Under the pieces are notes generated by a model, which did not search any database, was not told the origin of the DNA, and saw nothing but the letters and a program-made list of their open reading frames with translations. Shown piece after piece: positions 7,902 through 17,624 of a DNA stretch of 64,000 nt. Origin of the DNA: a virus (taxonomy: Duplodnaviria; Caudoviricetes); the IMG/VR virus record IMGVR_UViG_3300037247_001786, positions 32,001-96,000 of that record, one strand, 5' to 3'. The position numbers and the translations under genes were made by a program. Positions within the stretch are counted from its first letter, which is position 1, and every line of letters begins with the position of its first letter.

Positions 7902-8762
7902 ATGAAAGATATTATCAAAATAACATTATTAGTAGGTTTATTATCTTTATGCGGATGTGACTTATTTCAGCCAACCAAACCTAACGAACATTTGGCAAAC
8001 GATGTTACAAAAGTTACAAAAGTTATCAATATAAGTGCAGATGATATTCTCGCATCAGCTACAAAAATAGATGAGAAAGTAATAGATATCAAACAAGAAA
8101 CAAAAGTTGCTACTCCTTCAATGGCTATTATCGAAAAAAGTGCAGACGATATTTCAACTGAAAGCTCCAAATTAAAAGAGACAAGTAGGAATCTGTCTAA
8201 AGCAGGAGTAAGATTAGAGATATCTGGAAAAACAATAGATGGTTATTATAAGCGTATAGCCGAAACAGAGAAAGATAATGAAAAATTGACAAAAGAGAAT
8301 ACCAAATTAAATGAAGATATGAAATCCGGTTTAAATAAGATGCTTAAATGGATAGTAGGGGGATGCGTCATCGGAGCAGGAGCCTGTGCTGCAATGGCTT
8401 TATTTTTCGGAAATATTAAAGGTGGATTATTTGGAGCAACAACTTGCATTATTGTAATGGTTTTAGCTATTGCGGTAGGTCAATATATGATATATATAGC
8501 CATTGCAGGAATACTTGCAATAATTGCAACATTAGGAGTTTTAGGATATCAATTATTTGTTCAAAGAAGAGCTATATCAGATAACGTATGGACTCAAGAA
8601 GTAGCTAAAAAACATATGTCTTCTGACTTAAAAGAGAAAATCTATGGAGATGGTAAGAAGAAAGGAAAAGCTGGTATCATACAATCTGCGACCACTCAAA
8701 AAATAGTTAAAAATATTAAAAACAATTTACCTAGAGGATGGAAAGTCACGAAGGAGGACTAA
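7902..8762 (+). CDS. lipoprotein with coiled coil and C-terminal membrane segments (spanin-like architecture)
   Basis: Lipobox LLSLCG-C19, long heptad region, hydrophobic helices around aa 150-220. Confidence 0.5.
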   Translation: MKDIIKITLLVGLLSLCGCDLFQPTKPNEHLANDVTKVTKVINISADDILASATKIDEKVIDIKQETKVATPSMAIIEKSADDISTESSKLKETSRNLSKAGVRLEISGKTIDGYYKRIAETEKDNEKLTKENTKLNEDMKSGLNKMLKWIVGGCVIGAGACAAMALFFGNIKGGLFGATTCIIVMVLAIAVGQYMIYIAIAGILAIIATLGVLGYQLFVQRRAISDNVWTQEVAKKHMSSDLKEKIYGDGKKKGKAGIIQSATTQKIVKNIKNNLPRGWKVTKED

Positions 8763-9261
8763 TTCCTACTGACTTAACAATGTTTATTAGCCATTCTTTA
8801 TCCTTATCGGTATAGCCAAATCTTTCTTGATTAATGTCTAATGACTTAAAGATACATCCATCTGAGTGACGAGTAACAGCCGCTATCCAATCAGCTATCA
8901 TCTCAAATTTATCAATCTCACTCATATATTTATATCCATCTTTGATGTTATAGTATTGAGGATGATGAGGGTTTCTTTTATAATGCAAATTTATAGAAGG
9001 CTTAATTGATCTCAAACTTTTTATATACCCTTCTGATCCATAGGTTAATCCTTTAAGGTCAAATATCACTTTAGCGAAGGCTTTAGCTTCTGACCATCGG
9101 TATTTACTGAGATCATGAGACAACCCTCTCCTATACAGTTTCCATTTATCTTTAAGCTCTATATTATTATTAATAATATCAACGATATTTATAAGAACTT
9201 TAATTTTATGAATAGTTGTTTGGATTATATGCCAAATATATCCTGCTACAAATTTAAACAT
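8746..9261 (-). CDS. DUF5662-like / HD-type phage protein
   Basis: HDLSKY...HYKRNPHHPQY...EMIADW motifs. Confidence 0.6.
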   Translation of the reverse strand: MFKFVAGYIWHIIQTTIHKIKVLINIVDIINNNIELKDKWKLYRRGLSHDLSKYRWSEAKAFAKVIFDLKGLTYGSEGYIKSLRSIKPSINLHYKRNPHHPQYYNIKDGYKYMSEIDKFEMIADWIAAVTRHSDGCIFKSLDINQERFGYTDKDKEWLINIVKSVGISPPS

Positions 9262-9272
9262 TTATTTTACTC

Positions 9273-10733
9273 TCAATTAAAAAACTTTGGATTCCTGATA
9301 GCTAGCATAGTGCATCTTGCCCCTAAACTTGTTAAAGCTCTATAATATTCTTCTGATAAATGGTCTTTAGAATATTCATGACCAAACTCATGAATACATA
9401 GGTCAATAACTTCTTCTATATTATTAGGAAAATCTTCAAAGAAAGATTTTTTCAATCGAGAAATATTAAAAGTTAATCCCGTCGAGGTGCCATACCAGGC
9501 AACGGCTCTTTCTGATGGTAAGCGTATAGCTTGGACTTTAATAAAATCCCCTATAAGCTCACAAGCTAATTTTCCAGCAAACCTCAGCACTTGTTGTTGT
9601 TTTTCTGATAATGAGTCAAAAGGAATAGGAGGCTCTCCATCTGGTGAAGATTTTATTTTATGTGAAGGGGTCACTTGTCCCGCAGGTAGAGCCGCTCCAC
9701 AACGCTTCACATTTGCCCACTCCTGCTTGGAAAGGGACTTGCCTGGGATAACTGCATACCCTTCACTAACAGCCTTCTTATTGGCTTCTGGGTCGCTGGG
9801 GTCGAAGATGACCCTTTTCTTGCCAAACCTCATATCAAGAGATGTTATTATCGCATCATCGGAGCAATTTTCATTCGAAGTAGCCTCCTTAACCCAAGTG
9901 CTATTTATCTCTTCTGTGTCTAACAGATTGAATGTTCTATTAAAAACTTCTGTTCTAATCGTCTTTAAATATTTAGGCGTAACATTATCTCTATCCATAT
10001 TTAAAGGTACTTTTTGTTGAACATCTATATGGTACTTATCTCCTTCCAATTCTACAACTGGTATTCCCATTTCATAAATGGAAGGTATCTCTCCCTCTTT
10101 AGGCTCATAAATATTTACAACGGTTTTGCGAATAGTCTTTTTGAGATTTCCATTTTCATCGCTTATCTCTGTAGGAAGGGGAATTGTAAAAGAAGCAAGA
10201 GGGACTCTTTGCTCTAGTTTTACGTCATTGAAAGTAGTGACAATTCCTTGAGGAGGAATGACTTTATATACTGCGTCGCAAACCTCTGAGAATTCGGCTC
10301 TTGTCATTTTAACCAGTATATCAATATATGAACCTTTCTCGGTACGAATTTTATTATTTCGACGCATACCGTTCTTGTCAAAAAATATCGAGCCTGTCGT
10401 AGACTTTATCGTAGCTCCATCACTAATCGCTAAGACTAATTTCTCTCCGAGATTGAAACGCCCTCTCTTTGAAGGATCTGATTTCTTTTCAGATTCGGCA
10501 AAAAGAGTAAAAGCATGAGATAAATCGGAGAATCCTTTCGGGTCATCATCACGAATTGTAATCATAACCCTCGGAGTATTCTTAATGGTGTTTATCCACA
10601 ACTCCACCTGAGTAACATTTTGGTCCCAAGAATTCTGGAGCAATTCATAGACGATAAATGCTTTCCCCTTCCTTTGCATTAATTTCGCGAGACCCTCTTT
10701 ACTAACCTCAAACCAGTTACTTTTTTTTGCCAT
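9273..10733 (-). CDS. GHKL (HSP90/MORC-like) ATPase with C-terminal HExxH motif
   Basis: ELLQNSWD (N box), IRDDDPKG (G1-like), GRFNLGEK (G2) and IHEFGHEY near the C-terminus. Confidence 0.7.
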   Translation of the reverse strand: MAKKSNWFEVSKEGLAKLMQRKGKAFIVYELLQNSWDQNVTQVELWINTIKNTPRVMITIRDDDPKGFSDLSHAFTLFAESEKKSDPSKRGRFNLGEKLVLAISDGATIKSTTGSIFFDKNGMRRNNKIRTEKGSYIDILVKMTRAEFSEVCDAVYKVIPPQGIVTTFNDVKLEQRVPLASFTIPLPTEISDENGNLKKTIRKTVVNIYEPKEGEIPSIYEMGIPVVELEGDKYHIDVQQKVPLNMDRDNVTPKYLKTIRTEVFNRTFNLLDTEEINSTWVKEATSNENCSDDAIITSLDMRFGKKRVIFDPSDPEANKKAVSEGYAVIPGKSLSKQEWANVKRCGAALPAGQVTPSHKIKSSPDGEPPIPFDSLSEKQQQVLRFAGKLACELIGDFIKVQAIRLPSERAVAWYGTSTGLTFNISRLKKSFFEDFPNNIEEVIDLCIHEFGHEYSKDHLSEEYYRALTSLGARCTMLAIRNPKFFN

Positions 10734-10800
10734 TTTCTATTCCTTGTTTAAAAATATTATATATTCTTATAAAAACAAAAAATATACACTCTGGCAAAAT

Positions 10801-11580
10801 TTAGACATTCGACCTTCCGAAACTTGGAGGAATACCTTTTTTGTGCATAGATACTTTAATCATCTTCTCCACTTTTGAAATCTTATCGATATTAAATTTG
10901 TCCAATTCGGAGGAATTCGGAGTAAGCAACGCTTTAAGTATCTCGTCAAGTTCCGAGTAAGGCATACCTAGTTCTTCTTCATCTGTTTGCCCATCCCAAA
11001 GGTCAGCGGAAGGAGCTTTAGTTTTCACGTTATTAGGGATTGCTGTCATTAATTCAGCCATTTGATATACTTCGGTTTTAAAATACATACCGATTGGCTC
11101 AATATCAACTCCTCCATCACCATATTTGGTGAAATACCCAACCATCAATTCTGAAAGATTACCAGTTCCAGCTACAAGATAATTATTAGCCCCTGCAAAA
11201 GCATATAGAGCTGTCATTCTCAATCTGGCTTTGATATTGGCTAGAACAAGACTATCAACGTTCGTTCTTGTCATTTTAATACCTTCGGCGAGAAACCCAA
11301 CAGGCTGTCTTAGCTCTACTTTTTCAAATCTTATCCCAAGATTTTTAGCAAGTTCCTGTGCGTCATCTTTCATATCTGCTCTTGTTTGGCATGGAAGAGA
11401 AACTCCTATTACATTCTCTTTTCCAACTGCTCGAACTGCAAGATCAGCAATAACAGAACTGTCGATGCCTCCGCTGAGTCCCACTATGAACCCTTCGGCA
11501 CCCGCATCACTTGCATAATCTTTCATCCATTGTGCTATGTTATCTATCTCGTTTTGATAATTCATGTTTTTCCTTTTCAA
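10801..11580 (-). CDS. nadE: NH3-dependent NAD+ synthetase
   Basis: GLSGGIDSS, NIKARLRM, GTGNLSE, GYFTKYGDGG, KAPSADLWDGQTDEEELG. Confidence 0.95.
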   Translation of the reverse strand: MKRKNMNYQNEIDNIAQWMKDYASDAGAEGFIVGLSGGIDSSVIADLAVRAVGKENVIGVSLPCQTRADMKDDAQELAKNLGIRFEKVELRQPVGFLAEGIKMTRTNVDSLVLANIKARLRMTALYAFAGANNYLVAGTGNLSELMVGYFTKYGDGGVDIEPIGMYFKTEVYQMAELMTAIPNNVKTKAPSADLWDGQTDEEELGMPYSELDEILKALLTPNSSELDKFNIDKISKVEKMIKVSMHKKGIPPSFGRSNV

Positions 11581-11589
11581 AATATATTT

Positions 11590-12006
11590 TTATTTTTTGC
11601 CAAGCATAATTTCTATTGCTTTTTTACCAGTATCAGAAGTAAATACACAAGATATGTCTTCTATCTTTTTTAAAGTATCTCTTCTTCCTTGCTCCATGCC
11701 TAACTGAAGAGCAATTGAGATTATTACTTCAAAGGCATCTCTTTGATTCTCTCTAGAATATGAAAGAGAGTCAGCATGTAGTGCATCCTGAGGATCGAGA
11801 GCAACATGATTACATATTTTTCCTTGTTCCAATCCCTTCCATTCGATACCATCTTCGTAAACTTTCTCTCCTTTATCTATTGCAATTTGCAAAGCCTCCC
11901 TAACTTGAGAGATGAGACTGTCAAATATGACCATCTCATTGTTAGAAGGCCATTTATATGCTTCTGCTGTAATTGGAGAACCTCGTTCATCTACTTTATT
12001 ATTCAT
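11590..12006 (-). CDS. hypothetical protein
   Basis: ORF in the same leftward gene run; no motif recognised. Confidence 0.7.
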   Translation of the reverse strand: MNNKVDERGSPITAEAYKWPSNNEMVIFDSLISQVREALQIAIDKGEKVYEDGIEWKGLEQGKICNHVALDPQDALHADSLSYSRENQRDAFEVIISIALQLGMEQGRRDTLKKIEDISCVFTSDTGKKAIEIMLGKK

Positions 12007-12013
12007 TTCTTTT

Positions 12014-12655
12014 TTACCATGTCTTAATTTTTAAAGTATCTTTTTCTCTGTAGTAACCTTTTACAGTGTCATATTCATGGTCTGTATCTGCCCATATATT
12101 TTCAGACATTAAACCGATATGATTTTCCATATCTTCTTTTTTTATCTGCCCTGCTTTAATGGCTATTTCCATAGCCTCTGCCCTATCTACAAATTTATGT
12201 TCCGAGGTAAGAAATCCTTGTGTTTGCCCGAGCTTTTCGAAATATCCTTTAGGGGCTTTTTCAAATATTGCAGGATGATCTCTATCGATAAGTATATTCC
12301 CACCATCTGTTTTAATAGCTGCGTGGATTATTTCTAAGATATTTATTTCTTTCCAGTAGTCTTTAAATTCATGTTCAGATTGTAGTATATCTTTAATCTC
12401 TCTTTCTTCATATTTATCAACCCACCTCGACCAGTAATGGTCGATTTTTTCACCAGCCAGTGCCCATTTTAAATCATTAAAAACCAAAGAAAATAAATGG
12501 TTCTGATGGTTTTTCAATAAATCAGAACCATCTTGATGATGTTCCCAACAATTATGTATCCTTGCAACTGTGAACAATAATTTATTTTTCATTATATTCA
12601 TTTTATTTCTTTTCCGTTGTCCCGTCACTAATTCCCGTATCTTTGAGGAACTCAT
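12014..12655 (-). CDS. hypothetical phage protein
   Basis: Contains QGFLTS..KFVDRAEAMEIA.KAGQ, a pattern common in phage hypothetical proteins; true start may be downstream of the annotated one. Confidence 0.65.
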   Translation of the reverse strand: MSSSKIRELVTGQRKRNKMNIMKNKLLFTVARIHNCWEHHQDGSDLLKNHQNHLFSLVFNDLKWALAGEKIDHYWSRWVDKYEEREIKDILQSEHEFKDYWKEINILEIIHAAIKTDGGNILIDRDHPAIFEKAPKGYFEKLGQTQGFLTSEHKFVDRAEAMEIAIKAGQIKKEDMENHIGLMSENIWADTDHEYDTVKGYYREKDTLKIKTW

Positions 12656-13007
12656 CTACATTATCAGAGACGATACCTTTTCCAGATTCTAACTCTTCTA
12701 TAGCTTTTTCTGTTACTTCTTTTTCTTTTAGCTCTTTCATATCAATGTTCTCCGATATTATCGTTTTATATTCTTCTTCTGTTATTTCGGTCATCCCCTC
12801 TGCCGAAGGTGAATAGTAATGAGGATTATAATCTTTAAGATTTTTCCACTCTACTCTCCATTTTCTAGGAGTTTTTTCGTCATCAGGTTGGTATTTCGCA
12901 AGGAATTTTTCAGGCTTTTTACTTCCTCTATATATCAATTCTTTGTATCCATAAAAAGGAGCGTGTCCTCCTGTTTCAAATCTTTCTTTAAGATACCAGT
13001 ATGTCAT
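12603..13007 (-). CDS. hypothetical protein
   Basis: AAGGA RBS; lies just downstream of the promoter at 13047-13074. Confidence 0.7.
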   Translation of the reverse strand: MTYWYLKERFETGGHAPFYGYKELIYRGSKKPEKFLAKYQPDDEKTPRKWRVEWKNLKDYNPHYYSPSAEGMTEITEEEYKTIISENIDMKELKEKEVTEKAIEELESGKGIVSDNVDEFLKDTGISDGTTEKK

Positions 13008-13046
13008 ATTTCATTCCTTTAAAATTTATTAACTTTTCATAGTTGT

Positions 13047-13074
13047 ATTCTACCAAAATAAAAATCACTTTCAA
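13047..13074 (-). promoter_or_regulatory. sigma-70-type (early) promoter
   Basis: TTGAAA-GTGATTtttattttgg-TAGAAT. Confidence 0.65.
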
Positions 13075-13098
13075 CCAAAAATTCTCAATTCTTTTAAC

Positions 13099-14292
13099 TT
13101 ATCCCGTAGCAGGAGGGAAACTTTCCCATAAAGGTTTATTTTGGAAAGTCCATTGAGCAACCGCTACAGCATCGCTGTCTCCCATTACTTTACCAAGAAC
13201 ATCTGATAGCTTAACAACTGGTATGCCATTAACGCTCCACAATTTAATTACCATATTTAAAGATGGGCTATCTGCAAAGTCATTTGAAAAGTGAGTTCCT
13301 ATGCCAAATGAATATTTAATTTTACCTTCACAATATTTTGCTATTGCGATAGCTTTATCGACATCTAGTCCATCGCTAAATACAATGATTTTAGACATAG
13401 GGTCTATTCCCATTTTTTTATAATGGGCAATTGTCTTATCTGCGAAAGCAATCGGGCAACCGCTGTCATGTCGGACACCATCATAAAGCTTTGAAAGTCT
13501 CTTGTTAAAGTTATCAAAGAAGGCATCGCTTCCAAAAGTATCCGTAAGAGCAATACCCAAATCTGTATTGTAAACTCTAACCCAATTTTGCAAAGTATGA
13601 TAATTAGCATGTCTTAAACCTTCAAGAGCAGACATAGCCATAAATAGTTCGTGAGCCATCGTTCCAATAGGAGTTAGCCCATATTTCATAGCAAGATACA
13701 TATTGCTTGTACCTACTAATGTAGACTTTGGACAATATGGTCCTGTAGAATTTAGTCCGAGAAGTGCGGTTTCTTGACTTTTAAAACTGCGTCTTCTCCG
13801 GGTCGCAAAGCCAGCATAATTACAATTATGTGCAGCAAGTATTGTTCCTTTTTCAAAAGCTCTGGCAGCTTGACCATCATAATTCCAATTAGTATCAATG
13901 ATTTGAAAATACAATTCACTGATTATTGCCATAAGGGGGACTTCCCAAAGGATTGTATCTCTCCATAATCCATTAATCTTTACAACCAAATCATTATCCT
14001 CTAAATGACATTCTACATCATTCGGATTATAACGAAAGTTTTTTAGATATTCCGCATAAGATGGTTTAAAAAAAGAAATACTCTTAATCCAATTATATTC
14101 ATTATCTGTTAATGACAGTTGTCCCATCATCATTATTTCTTGTTTTAATCGCTTTAACAATTCTACATTAAATCTTTGTTTCCCCCGATTTTTAAACCGA
14201 TATTCAACCTGAGCATCTGGGAACAGTTCAACCACAAATTGCATCATACTCATTTTATAAAGATCATTATCTAACATACTTTCAATTATCAT
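13099..14292 (-). CDS. pncB: nicotinate phosphoribosyltransferase
   Basis: LDNDLYKMSM, LWEVPLMAIISE, FATRRRRS, GTMAHE, ALTDT, GVRHDSG, IVFSDGLD, FGIGT, VIKL...KLSD..GK. Confidence 0.93.
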   Translation of the reverse strand: MIIESMLDNDLYKMSMMQFVVELFPDAQVEYRFKNRGKQRFNVELLKRLKQEIMMMGQLSLTDNEYNWIKSISFFKPSYAEYLKNFRYNPNDVECHLEDNDLVVKINGLWRDTILWEVPLMAIISELYFQIIDTNWNYDGQAARAFEKGTILAAHNCNYAGFATRRRRSFKSQETALLGLNSTGPYCPKSTLVGTSNMYLAMKYGLTPIGTMAHELFMAMSALEGLRHANYHTLQNWVRVYNTDLGIALTDTFGSDAFFDNFNKRLSKLYDGVRHDSGCPIAFADKTIAHYKKMGIDPMSKIIVFSDGLDVDKAIAIAKYCEGKIKYSFGIGTHFSNDFADSPSLNMVIKLWSVNGIPVVKLSDVLGKVMGDSDAVAVAQWTFQNKPLWESFPPATG

Positions 14293-15041
14293 TCTGACAT
14301 CCTTTCTATTGTCCAGCCTTTGTGGTGGACCCTGTCACCTTTTAAAACTTTCATTAAATTAGCTGATGTTAAATTATTTTTTTCGCAAAATACCGTTAAT
14401 CCATTTGTCGTTATATGCGTTTGACCGTTAGGGTCGGTTAGTTTATATTTTTTAATATTTATTTTACCTTTCGAGGTTTTGCTCATTTTTAGTTTTGTTT
14501 CAGCCGTCGTTATTCTTTTTTTTCTAGCAATACTTAACTTGTTTTTATGTTCATTAGAGAACCTGATGCCCTTTTTAGCCTCGCTCATTTTTCGCTTTGT
14601 TTCTTTTGAATGAGACCCCCAAGAAACACCTTTTTTAGAATTAGCCATATTCTGGTTCCAATCGGTTGTCTCCCTCAATTTTTTTCTATATTTTAAAATC
14701 TGCTCTCTATTTGGATTATCAGTAAGAGTATCTCCTCCGTCTCCTCCATCAGTTAAATTAGTTAGCTGATACCCATCTTTTCTTAACTTTTCAATATAGT
14801 ATATTTCTCTATCATCGAGCAGATCCATTTCAATGTTTTCTTCGATTATAACAATAATCTCATCAATTGTCAAACCTGTTTTCAATATTTTTCGTAATTT
14901 ATTATATTTGTATAAACTGTTCCCTTTTTTACATTCTAAAAGATGGGCTTTTGTTCTCTTTTTTAAATCTATTGTCTTGCCAATATAAAAAGGTTTTTTA
15001 TCTTTATCTACGAATATGTATATTAAGCCGTTTTTTTTCAT
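14289..15041 (-). mobile_element. free-standing GIY-YIG homing endonuclease with NUMOD3-type repeats
   Basis: LIYIF...FYIGKT N-terminus, LTNLTDGGDG, and HSKETKRKMSEAKKG / SNEHKNKLSIARK repeats; stop overlaps the pncB start. Confidence 0.85.
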
Positions 15042-15146
15042 GAATAACTCCTATAATTGAAATATTCTATATCTATATTTCAATTTATATAGGTTGTTAT
15101 CCTTTATTTTTTATACAAATCATTATCATAATAACTATTAAACAGT

Positions 15147-15221
15147 ATCTTATCATATATAAAATCACTTTCAACAAAAATCTCTTATTTTTTGGCAAAG
15201 TGATTAAGTTATTGATATAAT
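15147..15221. promoter_or_regulatory. back-to-back divergent sigma-70-type promoters
   Basis: Minus 15174-15147 TTGAAA-GTGATTttatatatga-TAAGAT; plus 15194-15221 GGCAAA-GTGATTaagttattga-TATAAT. Confidence 0.6.
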
Positions 15222-15261
15222 AGATATTGTTATGTAATCTAATTCCTTATGAGGAGGGAAA

Positions 15262-16107
15262 ATGAAAAAACAAAAAATTAATCATCTGCCATTATGGAAA
15301 AAATTTCAATCAGCTAAAACTGATAAAATGAAACATACATTAAGGAACGAGTTGATAGAGAAATACTATCCATTAGTTAAAAAAATAGCCTACAGCTTAT
15401 CTCTAAAGCTCAATTGGAAAGTCTCCCCTGATGAATTAACATCTTTCGGAGTAGACGGATTATATATTGCTATTGGTAAATTTGATATTCATAGGGGAGT
15501 TAAATTCGAAAATTATGCTTTTCCTAGAATTCATGGGTCTATGGTTGATAATATGAGAAAAGAAGATATTATTCCCAGGTCTGTTCGATTAAACCATTCT
15601 CAATTTGAAAAAACACGTTCGAAATTAGAATCTGAAAAAGGTAGACTAATTACAGATATTGAAGTTGCTAAAGAAATGGGACTTTCAGTATCGGAATATA
15701 ACAAAAATATTAAAAAATATCATCCTACACGGTTTTCCAGTTTAGAAGGATCTGATATGTCTTCTGACAGTGATGTAGAAATGTTTAAACAAGATTTTAA
15801 TTCAAGCTTAATCTCAAATAATACTCCTACTCCAGAAAGCACTATTATTCGTAAAGAATTTTTTAATAAGCTTTTAGGCAAGGGATTTAACTCGACAGAA
15901 AGAATGATTGTTTATTTGTATTATTATAGAAACTTCACAATGGACAAAATAGCTGAAAAATTGAAAATATCAGAATCGAGAGTGAGTCAAATACATAAGA
16001 AATTGCTTCCTAGAATGAAAGATAAGATAGAAAGGAATCCAAATTATTTTTCTAAACATATTGGTAATTTTATTGAAGAAGGGAATAATAATAATTTACT
16101 TTTTTAA
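15262..16107 (+). CDS. RNA polymerase sigma factor, FliA/WhiG (sigma-28)-like
   Basis: RNELIEKYYPLVKKIA (region 2.1), KFENYAFPRIHGSMVD.MRKED.IPRSVR, region 4 TMDKIAEKLKISESRVSQIH. Confidence 0.9.
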   Translation: MKKQKINHLPLWKKFQSAKTDKMKHTLRNELIEKYYPLVKKIAYSLSLKLNWKVSPDELTSFGVDGLYIAIGKFDIHRGVKFENYAFPRIHGSMVDNMRKEDIIPRSVRLNHSQFEKTRSKLESEKGRLITDIEVAKEMGLSVSEYNKNIKKYHPTRFSSLEGSDMSSDSDVEMFKQDFNSSLISNNTPTPESTIIRKEFFNKLLGKGFNSTERMIVYLYYYRNFTMDKIAEKLKISESRVSQIHKKLLPRMKDKIERNPNYFSKHIGNFIEEGNNNNLLF

Positions 16108-16168
16108 AATAATTTTCATAGGATATATTATACCAAAAAAGTAATCACTTTTTGAATGAGGAGGTAAA

Positions 16169-16687
16169 GTGGTAGAAGAAATAAAAATTATACTTGGAGA
16201 TATAGCATATCCTAAGTCAGAAGCAATGATAATCCCAGGAAATACAGTAGGGTTAATGACAAGAGGCGTAGCTTTAAGAATACTGAAAGATAGCTTAGGA
16301 TCTGTGCGTAAGGAAGCTAGGAAGGTAGCTAAAGAGCAGTCCCCCGAACTGGGAGAATGCTTTAGGACTGTTCCAGGAAGGCTCAAGAGAAGAGGTCTCA
16401 AAAATATGTATCATGCGGTGATTAAACGTTTCCCCAATGATATGACGACAATAAAAATAGTAGCAGATAGTCTAGAGTATTCTTTTAAAAAAGCGATAGA
16501 AGATCAAAATAAATCTATATCTGTGTGCGGAATAGGTATTGAAGAGGGAGATTTAGAAAAAATTGTGGTAGCGAGAATATTATTGTCGATATGTGAAAAG
16601 TATTCTAATAAGATAAGTATTAAAATTATTGACGAAGATAAAAGTTTTATTTTAGAGTTAGAAAAAGTAACAGGAGTTAAGAAATGA
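16169..16687 (+). CDS. macro domain (ADP-ribose binding/hydrolase) protein
   Basis: ILGDI...EAMIIPGNTVGLMTRGVA, MYHAV, SISVCGIG; the Gly-rich loop is diverged. Confidence 0.75.
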   Translation: MVEEIKIILGDIAYPKSEAMIIPGNTVGLMTRGVALRILKDSLGSVRKEARKVAKEQSPELGECFRTVPGRLKRRGLKNMYHAVIKRFPNDMTTIKIVADSLEYSFKKAIEDQNKSISVCGIGIEEGDLEKIVVARILLSICEKYSNKISIKIIDEDKSFILELEKVTGVKK

Positions 16688-17013
16688 AGTCAAAAAAATA
16701 CTATTATCATGACGAAGAAAATGACTTATTAGAATATATAGATGGCACGGAAGATGGGGTCGTCGCTTCTTGGGTCAATCCTTATCTTACTTTATTTTTT
16801 CCTCATGGATGTGACGAACTGATTCCTAAGAACATTGTGGGTTTTCAAATAAACGGTCTTCGACGCATGATGCATAAAGCAGAAGAGCAAGCGGCTATTC
16901 CCCTTACTCCAAAACAACAGGGGCAAATAGACAAGATGTTGACAGAAATGGGTTGGGGACCCTCTATTAACGAAAACGGAGAAGAAGTCTGGGCAAAAGA
17001 AGATAAGGAGTAG
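16684..17013 (+). CDS. hypothetical protein
   Basis: Start overlaps the macro-domain stop (ATGA); no firm family. Confidence 0.65.
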   Translation: MKSKKYYYHDEENDLLEYIDGTEDGVVASWVNPYLTLFFPHGCDELIPKNIVGFQINGLRRMMHKAEEQAAIPLTPKQQGQIDKMLTEMGWGPSINENGEEVWAKEDKE

Positions 17014-17016
17014 AAA

Positions 17017-17592
17017 ATGGATATATTTAAAAAACCAATATTAGTATTGAATAAAATATGGATACCGATAAGAGTTATAACCTCTATGAGAGCTTTCAAA
17101 TTATTATTTGCGGGAAAAGCTTTCGTTGTCAATCCTGTAGATTACTCAATATATTCTTGGGAAGAATGGGTTAAAGTACCAGCTAAAGAAGGGGATGTAA
17201 CTATCAGCACTACACGTGCAGATATAATATTACCAGAAGTTATTGCGTTATCTCATTATGATAAGTTGCCTAAGAAAGGAATGAAATTAACTAAAAAGAA
17301 TCTTTTCATTAGAGACTCTTACACTTGCCAATATACAGGCGATACAGTAAGCACTAAAAATGCTGATATAGATCATGTAATACCTAAATCAAGAGGCGGA
17401 AAAACAAGCTGGGAAAATCTTGTTGTCTGCTCTAAAAATATTAATAGAAGAAAAGCAAATAAAACCCCTCAAGAAGCAGGCTTGAGATTACTTAAGAAAC
17501 CGACTAAGCCAAGTCCACAAGTAATTTTTATAGATCCACGTATGGATATGCCTAAATCATGGAAGAACTTTATTGCAAAACAGAAATCTTAG
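17017..17592 (+). CDS. HNH endonuclease (McrA-like)
   Basis: FIRDSYTCQYTG...DIDHVIPKSRGGKTSWENLV...N.RKANKTP.EAG. Confidence 0.88.
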   Translation: MDIFKKPILVLNKIWIPIRVITSMRAFKLLFAGKAFVVNPVDYSIYSWEEWVKVPAKEGDVTISTTRADIILPEVIALSHYDKLPKKGMKLTKKNLFIRDSYTCQYTGDTVSTKNADIDHVIPKSRGGKTSWENLVVCSKNINRRKANKTPQEAGLRLLKKPTKPSPQVIFIDPRMDMPKSWKNFIAKQKS

Positions 17593-17624
17593 ACAAACTA
17601 GGAATTGAGGAGAAAGTATAAAAG

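Noticed and set aside
9487-10020. 177-aa plus-strand ORF
   Set aside because: Entirely antisense to the motif-supported GHKL ATPase; no independent support.
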